Notes: generated by a model not told the origin, from the sequence alone. A DNA stretch of 64,000 nt from Bryobacterales bacterium (GCA_965208945.1 OZ242366.1:5290048-5354047), one strand, 5' to 3'; shown: positions 9,698 to 19,835, counted from the stretch's first letter. Numbers and translations: made by a program.

Positions 9698-9737
9698 GGG
9701 AAATGCCGGGAAATCGTGGGAAATCGTGGGAAGAAAG
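9698..9737 (+). repeat. Decamer array GGGAAATGCC GGGAAATCGT GGGAAATCGT GGGAAGAAAG
   Basis: Read directly from the sequence: four 10-bp units. A G6-A-G8 homopurine tract lies just upstream at 9669-9683. Confidence 0.9.
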
Positions 9738-10207
9738 GCATAAAGGCCGTGATTCGTGTTTCGTGTCTCGTGATTCGTGAAAAACCCGTAGGCCGGGCTT
9801 GGGGTTGCTCTCCTTGGAGTCGCCGGAGGGCAGGGGAAAAACATGTTGCGTGTCTCGCGGCTGGTGAAAACCCAACAGGCCGTGTTGCCGGCGCGGGGGA
9901 CGGCGGTCGCCCATGCCGCACCATAGCCGCCCGATGCCGCGCCACGACGCGCAGAAAAGCAGCGACAAAAGCATAAAGGCCGTGATTCGTGATTCGTGTT
10001 TCGTGTTTCGTGATTCGTGAAAAACCCGTAGGCCGGGCTTGGGGTTGCTCTCCTTGGAGTCGCCGGAGGGACAGGGAAAAACCACGTTGCGTGTCTCGCG
10101 GCTGGTGAAAACCCAACCGGCCGTGTCGCCGGTGCGGGGGACGGCGGCCGCCCATGCCGCGCCCTAGCCGCCCGATGCCGCGCCACAACGCGCAGGAAAG
10201 CAGCGGC
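9738..10207 (+). repeat. Two tandem ~233-bp units, with a third partial unit at about 10310-10480
   Basis: GCATAAAGGCCGTGATTCGTG starts at 9738 and again at 9971. Both units continue with ...GTAGGCCGGGCTTGGGGTTGCTCTCCTTGGAGTCGCCGGAGGG...GGCTGGTGAAAACCCAAC...CCCATGCCGC...GCCCGATGCCGCGCCAC, with few differences between them. Confidence 0.85.
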
Positions 10208-10891
10208 CGGGCGGCGGGGGCGGCAGTCCGAGCGGGGGTTCCTGATTGTGCTTCCCTTGCGCACCGACGGCGAAAAAAAGCCGTGATTCGTGTTTCGTGT
10301 CTCGTGGAAGCATAAAAGCCGTGTTTCGTGTCTCGTGATCCGTGTTTCGTGAAAGCCTGTTGGTCGGGCTTGGGGTTGCTCTCTTCGGAGTCGCCGCAGG
10401 GACAGGGAAAACCGTGTTTCGTGTCTCGTTTTTCCTGATTCGTGAAAACCAAACTGGCCGTGTTGCCGGTGCGGACGTAGAGGGGACACTGGCTCAGAGG
10501 TAATATTTTTTTGCTGAACAATGCCGAACAATCGTGAACAATCGTGAACAGGGAAGCCGTGACCGGGCGACAAAAATTCCGTGATTCGTGTTTCGTGAAA
10601 ACCTCGGAATTCGCGCTGGCTTGCGCCGCGCGCCAGGCTATAGCCGTGTCTCGGGTCTCATGTTTCGTGAAAACCTGAAAGGCCGCGGCTCGGGCGGCTC
10701 TTCTCTCCCCACCCGACTTGTCCCCGACGGGTGTGGATGGGTTTGTTGTTCCAACCAACGGCGTCATCATTTTCACCCTAAACCGTCCCCCGAACGAAAA
10801 AAAGACTGAAGGGCTTCAGTACCAAGAGGCAACGATTCGACAAAGCCGTGCCTCGTGTCTCGTGTCTCGTGATTCGTGTTTCGTAAAGGCC
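9749..10891 (+). repeat. Cluster of eight heptamer tracts, AAAGCC-(GTGWTTC)n-GTGAAAACC
   Basis: Tracts lie at 9749-9787, 9982-10027, 10283-10306, 10321-10357, 10414-10450, 10581-10603, 10646-10675 and 10848-10891. All are in the same orientation with 2-5 heptamers each. The 7-bp period is incompatible with coding. Confidence 0.9.
10516..10555 (+). repeat. Decamer array GAACAATGCC GAACAATCGT GAACAATCGT GAACAGGGAA
   Basis: Read directly. It has the same unit order as the array at 9698-9737 but a different core in every unit. Confidence 0.9.
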
Positions 10892-10915
10892 TTAAAATCA
10901 GTGGCTTGTGGCTAG

Positions 10916-11092
10916 CCTGCATTTCTCACCAGCCGACGGCCGAAGCACGCGATACGACCGCCAGGACTTCGTTGCGCTTGCTTGCCGTGCTCAACGTACT
11001 GTTCAAGTACGCCTGCGCGCGCCAAGCGGCTCGCGCCTCGTCCTGACGGCCCTCTCACGCACTTCGTCTCGCCACGTGGTGAGAAAAGCAGG
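10916..11092 (+). mobile_element. MITE copy 3 (177 bp)
   Basis: Termini are CCTGCATTTCTCACCAG ... GTGGTGAGAAAAGCAGG. It has a perfect duplication, CTAG (10912-10915) / CTAG (11093-11096). Confidence 0.9.
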
Positions 11093-11191
11093 CTAGTGAA
11101 CGCCTGGGAAGCCCTGATTCGCGACTCTCACGGACTGCGCTTCGCCGCCTCCCTGTCCTGTTGCCTAGCAGGCCGGGGCAGAAAAAACAAG

Positions 11192-11357
11192 ACTGAAGGG
11201 CTTCAGTACCACCAGGTACCCAAAAAGCCGTGTTTCGTGACTCGTGTTTCGTGATTCGTGAAAACCTTACAAGCAGTGGCTTGTGACTCGTGAAAGGCTT
11301 GAAAGCCCTGACGGCCCTCTCACGCACTTCGTCTCGCCGCTTGGTGAGAAATGCGGG
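11192..11357 (+). mobile_element. Composite repeat: hairpin, then heptamer tract, then right half of the MITE
   Basis: It contains the ACTGAAGGGCTTCAGT hairpin (11192-11207, also at 10805-10820). A heptamer tract follows at 11230-11266, with a single unit at 11283-11298. The MITE right arm CCCTGACGGCCCTCTCACGCACTTCGTCTCGCCGCTTGGTGAGAAATGCGGG ends at 11357. Confidence 0.8.
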
Positions 11358-11451
11358 CCAGGGATTCGGCGGACTTGCGCAAACCGTTCCGATGGTGGGG
11401 CAGGCGGCGGACATCCGAAGCAGGCCGGCTAATCTCCCTACACTGGAGGGC

Positions 11452-12282
11452 ATGCCGGTCCGCAAGGCGCGCCCCCCGCTCGGACAGCACTTCCTGCGGG
11501 ACGCGTCCGTATGCTCCCGGATCGCTGACGCCATCGTTTCGCCGCCGGAGGCTCACGTCATCGAAGTCGGGCCGGGGCGCGGCGCACTGACCGGGCGCCT
11601 GGCGGCCAAAGGGGTACCGCTCACGGTTGTCGAGATCGACGAGGCGCTGGCGGACGGGCTGCGAGACAGGTACGAAGGGCAAGCGCGGGTCGAGGTCATT
11701 TGCGCGGACATCCTCGATATCGACTTGCCGGCCATGATCGAGCAGCGCACAACGGGCCGCGCCATCATCGCCGGGAATCTGCCGTACTACATCACGTCGC
11801 CCATTCTCCGTATCGTTTTCGCCGCCGCGGCCCGAATCGAGCGGGCCGTCTTTCTGATCCAGAAGGAAGTAGCTCTGCGGCTCGCCGCCCGCAAAGACTC
11901 GCGCGACTACGGCTTCCTCTCCGTTCTGTGCCGGCTTCATGCCGAGCCGGAGTTGTTGTTCAGCGTGCCGCCGGAGGCTTTTCAACCCCCTCCCGAGGTC
12001 ACTTCGGCAGTGGTGCGGCTTCGGATGCGGCGTGACATATACGCCCCGCCCGGTTTCATCGACTTTCTCCAACGCTGTTTTACTCATCCGCGCAAGAAGC
12101 TGCTGAACAACCTCAGCGGGGTCTATCCGAGGGAAACCCTGCGGCAGCAACCCGAAACGGACCTGAGGGCGCAGCAACTCGATCTCGAAGAATTGCGGAC
12201 GCTCTGGGGCACGCTGGAGGCGGATTCGCCGTCCCGCATCGCGAGGCCGCGACTGCCGCCGCATGGTATGATTGACCGCTGA
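11452..12282 (+). CDS. rsmA: 16S rRNA (adenine1518/1519-N6)-dimethyltransferase
   Basis: The track ORF starts at 11290, inside the repeats. ATG 11452 is preceded by GGAGGG and gives MPVRKARPPLGQHFL. The SAM motif VIEVGPGRGALT and IAGNLPYYITSPIL are typical of KsgA/RsmA. Confidence 0.9.
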   Translation: MPVRKARPPLGQHFLRDASVCSRIADAIVSPPEAHVIEVGPGRGALTGRLAAKGVPLTVVEIDEALADGLRDRYEGQARVEVICADILDIDLPAMIEQRTTGRAIIAGNLPYYITSPILRIVFAAAARIERAVFLIQKEVALRLAARKDSRDYGFLSVLCRLHAEPELLFSVPPEAFQPPPEVTSAVVRLRMRRDIYAPPGFIDFLQRCFTHPRKKLLNNLSGVYPRETLRQQPETDLRAQQLDLEELRTLWGTLEADSPSRIARPRLPPHGMIDR

Positions 12283-12331
12283 TTCCCAGCCTCAAATACG
12301 GCATTGACCAGCGGTTCCCATGGAGGGAAAC

Positions 12332-13294
12332 ATGAAGAAGTTCCTGTACCTCGTTGCTGTCTTGGCCGCCGCCGGCCTAGTCAACTTGTCCATTGTCGAG
12401 TCGGCGCCGCCGCCCGCCGCCAAGCGGATCAACCGCGCGATCGAGCTGCTCGAGAAAGACCAGCCCATCTACTACACCCAGATCGCAGCGACCGACATCG
12501 ACTACGAAAAAGGGAAGGAGATGGTGAACACCTGGGCCGACTACATCAGCGTCGAGATGGAGCACGGCGCCTACAACATTCCCGGTCTGCGGGCGTTCAT
12601 GCGGGGCCTGGTCGATGCCGGCCCGACGAAGAGCGGCCACCGCACGCCCACCGTGATCTGCACGCTCCCGGTAGGCGGCATCAGCGCCGAAGTCATGCGG
12701 GCGAACTACTGGATGGTCGAGCAGGTGCTGGGATCGGGTGTCCACGGCATTCTTCTGTGCCATGCCCGTTCGCCGGAGGCCGTTCGAGTGTTGGTGGAAT
12801 CCGCGCGATTCGTAACCAATAAACGCGCTGTGGGATCAGGCGGTCTCGGCGAGGGAATGCGAGGCGCCGGCGGACAAGGTTTCGCTTCCCGGATATGGGG
12901 CATCAGCGGCGACGAATACACCAGAAAGGCCGAGCCCTGGCCGCTGGATCCCGAGGGAGAGATTCTGCTCGGCCTGAAGATCGAAGACCGTCACGCTCTG
13001 CAGAATGCCGAGGCGAGCGCCGCTGTTCCCGGCGTCGGGTTCGCCGAATGGGGTCCGGGCGACATGGGCATGTCGCTGGGCATACCCGGAGCGGAGGGCC
13101 GCAGCTCAGCGATCATGCAGCAGGCCAGGAAGAAGGTCTTCGACGCGACCAGGAAGGCCAAGATCGCGTTCCTGAACGGCGTCAATCCGGAAAACGTCAA
13201 GCAGATGATCGACGAGGGCGTGCGAATCGGCTCAGGCGGCCAGGAAGCGGCGGAGATCGGCCGCAAGTACACGAAGCGCAAGATGCCCTGGTAG
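12332..13294 (+). CDS. HpcH/HpaI aldolase / citrate-lyase-beta family protein with a signal-peptide-like N-terminus
   Basis: I moved the start to ATG 12332 (GGAGGG 5 nt upstream). The N-terminus is MKKFLYLVAVLAAAGLVNLS. ADYISVEMEHGAY and LGLKIEDRHALQNAEASAAVPGVGFAEWGPGDMGMSLG match the HpcH-family TIM-barrel motifs. Confidence 0.65.
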   Translation: MKKFLYLVAVLAAAGLVNLSIVESAPPPAAKRINRAIELLEKDQPIYYTQIAATDIDYEKGKEMVNTWADYISVEMEHGAYNIPGLRAFMRGLVDAGPTKSGHRTPTVICTLPVGGISAEVMRANYWMVEQVLGSGVHGILLCHARSPEAVRVLVESARFVTNKRAVGSGGLGEGMRGAGGQGFASRIWGISGDEYTRKAEPWPLDPEGEILLGLKIEDRHALQNAEASAAVPGVGFAEWGPGDMGMSLGIPGAEGRSSAIMQQARKKVFDATRKAKIAFLNGVNPENVKQMIDEGVRIGSGGQEAAEIGRKYTKRKMPW

Positions 13295-13302
13295 CGGCCC
13301 GA

Positions 13303-14364
13303 TCAATACAGCCGCACACCCCTCGGCCCCGGAGGCAACTCCATGTGGACCGAGTCGACGAAGCGAACTTTCCGGGACGCCTTCGTCATGACCAGCGTCT
13401 GACTCCGGCAGCCTTCGCCAAAGAACCGGATACCCTGCAAGATGCCCCCACCGCTGAGACCACCCGTCACGCCGGTGGCGGCGAAGATGATCGTCTTGCC
13501 CGGGGCGAGGTCTTCGGAGCTGTAAACACGATGGGGGTCGGTGATCCCCATGCGCTTGACGCGCTCTTCGAGTTCCGGCGTATCGATCACAAGGCGACCC
13601 AGCATCTCTCCATGAAGACAGCGCATCGCAGCCGCCGAGATCACACCCTCCGGCGCGCCGCCGATGCCCATGACCGCATGAACGCCCGTCCCCCGAATGG
13701 CGACAGACACACCCGCCGACAGGTCGCCATCGCCGATCAGTCGAATGCGGGCTCCCGCCTCGCGAATCTCCCGGATCAGCTTCTCGTGGCGCGGCCGGTT
13801 CAAGACGACGATGGCGAGGTCGTCCACGTCGCGGTCGAGCGCACGGGCGATGCGCTTCAGGTTTTCCGACACCGGCAGGTCAAGATCAACCTTGCCGCGG
13901 CAGGCCGGGCCGACGATGATCTTCTCCATGTAGCAGTCGGGGGCGTGCAGGAGACCGCCCTTTTCCGACGCGGCCAAAACGGCTAGCGCCCCCGGCGTGC
14001 CCGTGGCGCAAAGGTTCGTGCCTTCAAGGGGGTCCACCGCGATATCGACCGCGCGGTACTCTCCTTCATTCCCCGAGCCCGGGCCGACCTTCTCGCCGAT
14101 ATAGAGCATCGGCGCTTCGTCGCGCTCGCCCTCACCGATAACGATCGTGCCGTCAATCGGGACATCCTCGAAGGCCGCGCGCATCGCTTCGGTGGCGACG
14201 TGGTCGGATTCCTTGCGGTCGCCATTGCCCATGGTGCGGGCGGCAGCGATGGCCGCTTTTTCGACCACGCGGATGAGCTGCAAGGAGAGTTCTTCTTCCT
14301 CCTGCACAGTCATGCTGCCGAACTTGGTTTCCCCGCCCGGCCAGAGGCCGATTGTGTCATTCAT
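13303..14364 (-). CDS. glpX: Class II fructose-1,6-bisphosphatase
   Basis: Contains [55 protein letters not shown] and [15 protein letters not shown]. The internal Met at 14313 is an alternative start. Confidence 0.9.
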   Translation of the reverse strand: MNDTIGLWPGGETKFGSMTVQEEEELSLQLIRVVEKAAIAAARTMGNGDRKESDHVATEAMRAAFEDVPIDGTIVIGEGERDEAPMLYIGEKVGPGSGNEGEYRAVDIAVDPLEGTNLCATGTPGALAVLAASEKGGLLHAPDCYMEKIIVGPACRGKVDLDLPVSENLKRIARALDRDVDDLAIVVLNRPRHEKLIREIREAGARIRLIGDGDLSAGVSVAIRGTGVHAVMGIGGAPEGVISAAAMRCLHGEMLGRLVIDTPELEERVKRMGITDPHRVYSSEDLAPGKTIIFAATGVTGGLSGGGILQGIRFFGEGCRSQTLVMTKASRKVRFVDSVHMELPPGPRGVRLY

Positions 14365-14387
14365 GGCGCTTCATGCCTTTCCTGTCG

Positions 14388-15893
14388 TCAGCCTCTCTCT
14401 TGATACTGTCCCTGGAGGCGCCGCAACTCCCGCGTCAATTCCGCTATGAGATCGTCGTGGCCGGGCTCGGAGTAGAGATTGTTCAGCTCATTCGGATCCT
14501 GGTGCAGGTCGAAGAGCTCCCAATAGCCATCTTCGTTGTAGTATTCGATCAACTTGTAGCGCCCGGTGCGCACCCCGCGGTGGGGGCTGACGCGGTGGGC
14601 CGTGAAGTACCGGAACGAAGGGTCCGTGCGAGCTTCCGGCGGCAAGTCTTTCATTGCCCAGGAGTTATCGTAGTAGGCATAGAAGATCGATTGGCGCCAA
14701 TCGTCGGGCGGACTCCCGCGAAGGAGGGGCGCCAGACTCTCGCCCTGCATTCGTTCCGGAACATCGATCCCCGCCAGATCGAGAATCGTCGGCGCGATGT
14801 CGACGTTGAGGACCATGCGTTCCTCGACGTGTCCCTTCAAGGGCAGCCGCGGATAGCGGACCAGGAACGGAATGCGCAGCGACGGCTCGTACATGAAACG
14901 CTTGTCATACCATCCATGCTCGCCGAGGAAGTAGCCATTGTCGGTGGTATAGACGATGAGCGTGTCCTCGGCGAGGCCGGTCACATCGAGGTACTCCAGA
15001 ATCTGGCCGAGGTTTTCGTCGACGCCGTAAACCGCGCGGTGATGATCCTTGACGAAACGGTCGAAGATCCAATCCTTTTTCGCGGCGGCGCCGAGACCTT
15101 TCGGCAGGTCTTCGTAGTCGCCGGCAAGGCTGATCTCGAACTTCATGTCCTCCGCTTCCCTGGCGAGAGGACGAGTGGAGTAATCATCGTCGTACGTCGC
15201 CGGCTTGGGCCACGCGATGTCGCCGTACAGGTTGGCGTGCCTTGGGGCGGGCGTGAAAGGCCGGTGCGGCGCCTTGTGCTGATAGACCATGCAGAACGGT
15301 TCGTCACCGCGCCGCCGCAGGAAATCCAGCGCGAAATCGGTTGTGAGGTCCGTCGCGTAGCCGCGCTCCTGGCGGCGTGCGCCGTTCCGGATGAAATCCG
15401 GATCGAAGTAGACTCCCTGCCCCGGCAACACCTTCCATTCATCGAAGTCGTTCGGGTCTTGACGGATATGCCACTTCCCGAACAGGCCGGTTCGATAGCC
15501 GGCCTCGCGAAGCAGGCGGGGAAACGTAGGGAGGTTGGGATCAAGCGCCTCGATCTCGTCGCGCTTTTCGGAATTGCCCCGAATCCCGTGAACGTGGGAA
15601 TAGCAGCCCGTCAGCACCGACGCCCGGCCCGGCGCGCACAGCGAGTTCGTACAGAAGGCATTCTCGAACCGCACACCCTCGTTGGCGAGCCGATCCATGT
15701 TGGGCGTCCGGAGGATCGGGTGCCCGGCGCAGCTCATCTGTTGCGCTTGCTGATCGTCGGTCATGACGAACAGAATGTTGGGGCGAGGGTAATCGGGCCC
15801 GGAGCCGCAGCGCGCCGCGAAAGCCGCTCCGACCGCTCCCAGGCTTTGCAAAGCCTCACGTCGGGTCGGTCTGAAAGCTCTCGTGCCGGGCAT
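14388..15893 (-). CDS. Tat-exported sulfatase (formylglycine-dependent)
   Basis: The N-terminus of the track ORF is repeat read-through. ATG 15893 gives [37 protein letters not shown] and the C-x-P-x-R site ([12 protein letters not shown]) are present. Confidence 0.85.
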   Translation of the reverse strand: MPGTRAFRPTRREALQSLGAVGAAFAARCGSGPDYPRPNILFVMTDDQQAQQMSCAGHPILRTPNMDRLANEGVRFENAFCTNSLCAPGRASVLTGCYSHVHGIRGNSEKRDEIEALDPNLPTFPRLLREAGYRTGLFGKWHIRQDPNDFDEWKVLPGQGVYFDPDFIRNGARRQERGYATDLTTDFALDFLRRRGDEPFCMVYQHKAPHRPFTPAPRHANLYGDIAWPKPATYDDDYSTRPLAREAEDMKFEISLAGDYEDLPKGLGAAAKKDWIFDRFVKDHHRAVYGVDENLGQILEYLDVTGLAEDTLIVYTTDNGYFLGEHGWYDKRFMYEPSLRIPFLVRYPRLPLKGHVEERMVLNVDIAPTILDLAGIDVPERMQGESLAPLLRGSPPDDWRQSIFYAYYDNSWAMKDLPPEARTDPSFRYFTAHRVSPHRGVRTGRYKLIEYYNEDGYWELFDLHQDPNELNNLYSEPGHDDLIAELTRELRRLQGQYQERG

Positions 15894-15972
15894 TACCGAA
15901 CCAGTGTACCGAATGCGCCGCCCTGGCCCCGCTTCGTGACAGCCACATGGGAGTGGACAGAAAAAGATAAAA

Positions 15973-16242
15973 GCCGTGTTTCGTGTCTCGTGTTTCGTGA
16001 TTCGTGAAAACCTTGGGTGGCGGCTTGGTTCACTCCAGCAGGAAATGTCTTGGGGCCAGTGAACCGTAAAAGCTGTGTTTCGTGTCTCGTGTTTCGTGAA
16101 AACCACAAAAGCCGTGTTTCGTGATTCGTGTCTCGTGATTCGTGAAAAACCTTACGGGCCTTGTTGCTGGGGCGGGCGGCTCGCGTTTCGTCCTGGCGGG
16201 CCTCTCACGCAGTTGACCTCGCCTGGAGGTGAGAAAGGCTGG
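15973..16242 (+). mobile_element. Composite repeat: three heptamer tracts, a hairpin module, and the right half of the MITE
   Basis: Tracts lie at 15976-16012, 16075-16104 and 16114-16151. The hairpin is GGTTCACT(16027-16034)-N23-AGTGAACC(16058-16065). The MITE-like right arm ...CCTCTCACGCAGTTGACCTCGCCTGGAGGTGAGAAAGGCTGG ends at 16242. Confidence 0.8.
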
Positions 16243-16264
16243 CTCGAACGTTCTCCCGGATTCG

Positions 16265-18151
16265 TCAACGCCCGGCATCAGGGATCCGGTCGGCGACCAC
16301 CTCGGCTACATCGGCCACAACGAAGTCCTCACGCCCGGCGTGACGGGCAGCATCGTTGAGCATGATCGGACAGTACGGGCAGGCCACGGCAACCTTGGAC
16401 ACGCCGGTGGCGCTTACTTCCGCAAAGCGCCGGTGATTGATGCGCCCCCCGGGCGGGTCCGCCTTGTCATCGGCAATGAAGAGCTGGGCGCCGCCAGCTC
16501 CGCAGCAGAACGTCTGGGAACGGCTGCGTTCCATCTCGACCACCTCGACACCAGCAACCGCAAGCGCATGCCTTGGTTCTTCGACGACTCCCCGGCCTCG
16601 GGCCAAATAGCAAGGGTCGTGGAATGTGATGGTTTCGTCCCTCTTCTGAAGTTTTCCCTCAAGCTGGGGAAGCAACTCCGCAAGCAACTCCGTATGGTGC
16701 ACCACCGTTATGCCCAACTCCTGATAGGCAGGGTTCTGACGATAGTCCCTATCGAGCATCCGCGCGCAGTGGGGGCAGCAGGTCACTAGATTCTTGACGC
16801 TTGCGGCTCGAAACGAATCGATGACCTTTTCGGAAAGGTCGAAATAGAGATATTCGTTGCCCGCGCGGCGCGCCGGCTCGCCGCAACAGGTCTCCCGATC
16901 AAGGACACCCCACGCGACACCCGCCTCATCGAGAACCTTTCTCATCGCTCGAGCTACGTCCTGGCCGTGCGGGTCGTAACTCACGCCGCAGCCCAACCAG
17001 AACAGCCACTCCTGACCACCGTCGAAAACGGGGAACCCTTCTGTTTGTATGAGCCTTCGCCGCGTTTCGTGCGCCACGCCCCAGGGGTTGTGCGGCGAGC
17101 GCTCCATGGTTGTAAACAGCGCGTTCAACTTGTCGCTGTTGGTGCGGCCCTCGCTGACGAGCCCGCGGCGCATGTCCAGAATCTTGGGGCCGACATGCTC
17201 GATGCCTACCGGGCAGGCATCTTCGCAAGCGCCGCACGACAGGCACTGGAACAAGTCGACCTCACTGACCCAGCACTCGCCGGCCTGGACCTGGCGGGGC
17301 GTTCCCGCGACGGTCTGGCCTCCGGCCAGCAGGCCACGCTGCAGTTGCAGAACGATCTCCTTGGGGTCGAGACTCTGACCGACAGCATTTGCAGGGCAGA
17401 CATCCGTGCAGCGTCCGCATTCCACGCAGGAGTTGACATCGAGGATGTCTTTGGCGGACAGCCGGTTGAATCGCCAGAGCCCGAAATCCTCATCGTCGTC
17501 CTCTCGCAAAGCACGCATGCCGCTCGTCGTCTCGGACCGAAAGAAGACCGCGACCGGCCCCAGCATCAAGTGGAGATGTTTCGAGTTCGGTATCACCCAG
17601 AGCATGCCGAGAAGCGACAGGGTGTGAACCCACCAGTTCAGCCGCCAAGCACCGCTGCCCGCTTCCAACGCCCGCCATCCAAGCAGATAGGTGACCATCA
17701 GCGCCGCGATCAGCACCGCAACGATCCCCGAGGAGAGCGACAGCTCACCCAGCACTTGCGGCCGCAAGACAAAGCGCCTGATGCTGAGCCCGACGATCCC
17801 AACCAGCACGGCCACGGCCCAGGCGGCCGCGAACCAGCCATACCAACCGCGATCCGGCCGCACGCCGTCAAGTCCTTGAAATCCCTGCATCATGTGCTCC
17901 AGACTGACCCATGCGAAGGCAAAGAAACCCCACATCACGAGCGCATGGAGCAGGCCGGTAACGGGACGGGCGCGGATCACTTTCGTCTGCAACAGGACTT
18001 CGAGAAACACCCGGCGCAGCCGCCGAGCTACGCCGTCCCAGGGAAGCGGTTGCCGAAGCGACTCTCCGAATTTGAGCCGGTTCCTCACGACACGGAGGAA
18101 ATAGCCGCAACTGGCCACCGTCAGAATTGTCAGAACGAGGGAGGTCTGCAT
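16265..18151 (-). CDS. Membrane-bound Fe-S oxidoreductase: HdrD/DsrK-like region with two 4Fe-4S motifs and two CCG domains, fused to an N-terminal polytopic (NarI/DsrM-like) domain
   Basis: I moved the start to ATG 18151 (MQTSLVLTIL), which avoids overlap with the divergent gene. About 6 TM helices are followed by CVECGRCTDVCPA, CLSCGACEDACPV and the CCG motifs TCCGEPARR and FCCGAGG. Confidence 0.75.
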   Translation of the reverse strand: MQTSLVLTILTVASCGYFLRVVRNRLKFGESLRQPLPWDGVARRLRRVFLEVLLQTKVIRARPVTGLLHALVMWGFFAFAWVSLEHMMQGFQGLDGVRPDRGWYGWFAAAWAVAVLVGIVGLSIRRFVLRPQVLGELSLSSGIVAVLIAALMVTYLLGWRALEAGSGAWRLNWWVHTLSLLGMLWVIPNSKHLHLMLGPVAVFFRSETTSGMRALREDDDEDFGLWRFNRLSAKDILDVNSCVECGRCTDVCPANAVGQSLDPKEIVLQLQRGLLAGGQTVAGTPRQVQAGECWVSEVDLFQCLSCGACEDACPVGIEHVGPKILDMRRGLVSEGRTNSDKLNALFTTMERSPHNPWGVAHETRRRLIQTEGFPVFDGGQEWLFWLGCGVSYDPHGQDVARAMRKVLDEAGVAWGVLDRETCCGEPARRAGNEYLYFDLSEKVIDSFRAASVKNLVTCCPHCARMLDRDYRQNPAYQELGITVVHHTELLAELLPQLEGKLQKRDETITFHDPCYLARGRGVVEEPRHALAVAGVEVVEMERSRSQTFCCGAGGAQLFIADDKADPPGGRINHRRFAEVSATGVSKVAVACPYCPIMLNDAARHAGREDFVVADVAEVVADRIPDAGR

Positions 18152-18308
18152 GGAGAAAAGCCAGAGACGAGTAACGCTAACGGGATGATACCGAAGTCCG
18201 ACACTCGCCCCGGTCACGCCACTATACCGGCGAGCGGATGAAAACCGTCTTCCGCTCCAGCCCGCCGCTTGGTGAGCTATCGTAGAGCGGACCCGCACGA
18301 CGCGAGCC

Positions 18309-18837
18309 ATGCCCGCCTGGAGCTATTTCGATTGCGACGTCATGATCGGCACGTCGCGCATCCCGATTCGCGACGAGATGCCCGACGCTGATGCCCTGCT
18401 GCGCGAGATGGACCGGTACGGCATCGAAAAGTCCCTCGTCTACTATCGCGAGGGAGCGAACCCGCGAAGCGCGCGCGAGGCGGAGAAGTGCGATCGCATC
18501 GAACTGTGCTGGGTGCTGCCGTTGACGCTGCGAAGCCCCGAGGACCGCCTGGAAGACCACGTCGACAGGATGATCGAAGCCGGCGCCAAGGCTGCCCGCT
18601 TCCTGGCGAGCGACGGTCCTTCCGATCCACCTGTCATCCTCAAGCCGTTCCTCCTCGGGCGGGTGTACGAGAGACTGCAGAGACACCGCGCGCCGCTGCT
18701 GCTGGAGGGCGCGCCGCTCTACCGTCCCGAAGGCACGGCGAGATACGGCCTCGAGGACATCGACGCCATCTGCAGCAGCTTTCCCGATTTGCCGGTGATC
18801 CTGCTGCGCACTCACCGAAGCCTCCAGACACAGCTAG
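18309..18837 (+). pseudogene. Amidohydrolase-2 (PF04909-like) gene that appears to be 3'-truncated
   Basis: The first 176 aa align by eye with the paralog at 56185-56955 (FDCDVMIG / IIDTNVYV; FPDLPVILLRTH / LPNLPGLRLVIQNR). About 85 C-terminal residues, including the FGSHYPF region, are missing. The frame runs into MITE copy 4 and then into the end of the ankyrin array. Confidence 0.6.
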
Positions 18838-19835
18838 CCTGCATTTCTCACCACCCGACGGCCGAAGCACGCGATACGACCGCCAGGACTTCGTTGCGCT
18901 TGCTTGCCGTGCTCAACGTACTGTTCAAGTACGCCTGCGCGCGCCAAGCGGCTCGCGCCTCGTCCTGACGGCCCTCTCACCCACTTCGCCTCGCCACGTG
19001 GTGAGAAATGCAGGCTAGACTGCTTGTCATTTAGCAGCATCCTGTGCTCGGGCGGAACGTTGTAGATCTCTTTCGTACCCGAGACAGAGAAGCCAGCGGC
19101 GGCTGCAGCGGGGATTACCAAGTACACTCCGCTCACGAGATCCCATGGCCCTACTGTTACTATGCAGAACAAGGATGTAGCCCCCAGAGCGACCCACCCC
19201 AGCGTCCGTTTCTCGTATGGGCGTCGGGTCAGCACCTTGTGCACGGCCGTCTTCGGGTAGGCACGCGTCTGCCCGTCCTTGAGCAGGAGCGTGATGGAAT
19301 CGGCCGTCGCCGATTCGAAGCGGCCCTTGATCTTCCAGCTCCCAGGAGGGGCTGCGTCCTGGTACAGCCATATCCGGGTCTTGGTATTGTTCGCCAATGC
19401 CTGCACTCGGGCCCAGCCCACATTCTTCGTCAGCCTTAGCCTGAGCCGCTGATAGGCTGCCGATCCTTTGATCCATTTGTTTTTCCGGGCATAAAACCAA
19501 GGCGGCCTGCCGTATGTATTTCGCACCTCCGGGTTGGCGCCCGCTTCCAGCAACGCCTCGATCACCGCCGGGTCGGCGGTGTCCCGCGCCGCCCGATGCA
19601 GGGTGGTGAGTCCTTTGGGGTCCTGCTCGTTCGGGTCCCTCCCGGCGCTGAGACAGGCCCTCACCTCGTCCACCGTAGCGGACTCGAAAAACTTCGCTGT
19701 ATTCCAGTCCTTGCAGCCTTCCGCTGCCGCCGCCGGCAGCGGCAAACCGGCCACAAGCAGCAGGCATGCCAGCCCGGTGGCCGTGGCCTTCTTGAAAAGA
19801 CGTCCGTGGTTTCTGTTTCCCATGAGATTCCTCAT
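18834..19835 (-). CDS. Secreted ankyrin-repeat / beta-module / 2-TM protein, tandem paralog A (3' tail interrupted by MITE copy 4)
   Basis: I moved the start to ATG 19835 (MRNLMGNRNHGRLFKKATATGLACLLLVAGLPLPAAAAE signal peptide). The ANK motif is DPKGLTTLHRAARDTADPAVIEALLEAGANP. A beta-module (WARVQAL...KIKGRFESATADSITLLLKDGQTRAY) and two hydrophobic helices follow. The frame reads through the MITE to the TAG of its left CTAG flank. Confidence 0.75.
   Translation of the reverse strand: MRNLMGNRNHGRLFKKATATGLACLLLVAGLPLPAAAAEGCKDWNTAKFFESATVDEVRACLSAGRDPNEQDPKGLTTLHRAARDTADPAVIEALLEAGANPEVRNTYGRPPWFYARKNKWIKGSAAYQRLRLRLTKNVGWARVQALANNTKTRIWLYQDAAPPGSWKIKGRFESATADSITLLLKDGQTRAYPKTAVHKVLTRRPYEKRTLGWVALGATSLFCIVTVGPWDLVSGVYLVIPAAAAAGFSVSGTKEIYNVPPEHRMLLNDKQSSLHFSPRGEAKWVRGPSGRGASRLARAGVLEQYVEHGKQAQRSPGGRIACFGRRVVRNAG
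18838..19014 (+). mobile_element. MITE copy 4 (177 bp)
   Basis: It has perfect 17-bp TIRs CCTGCATTTCTCACCAC / GTGGTGAGAAATGCAGG and a perfect duplication, CTAG (18834-18837) / CTAG (19015-19018). Confidence 0.92.

Noticed and set aside
9501-10776. The N-terminal 195 aa of track ORF 7623..10085, and track ORFs 9613..10776 (387 aa) and 9620..10573 (317 aa)
   Set aside because: They are translations of the 7-bp, 10-bp and 233-bp repeats (recurrent HETRNTKHESRIT-like strings). A proper signal peptide and RBS exist at ATG 9500.
9698-11357. A CRISPR array was considered because of the regularly spaced short repeats
   Set aside because: The repeat units are 7-10 bp and directly abutting, or 233 bp long. 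There are no 25-40 bp unique spacers, no 28-37 bp repeat and no cas genes in the window.
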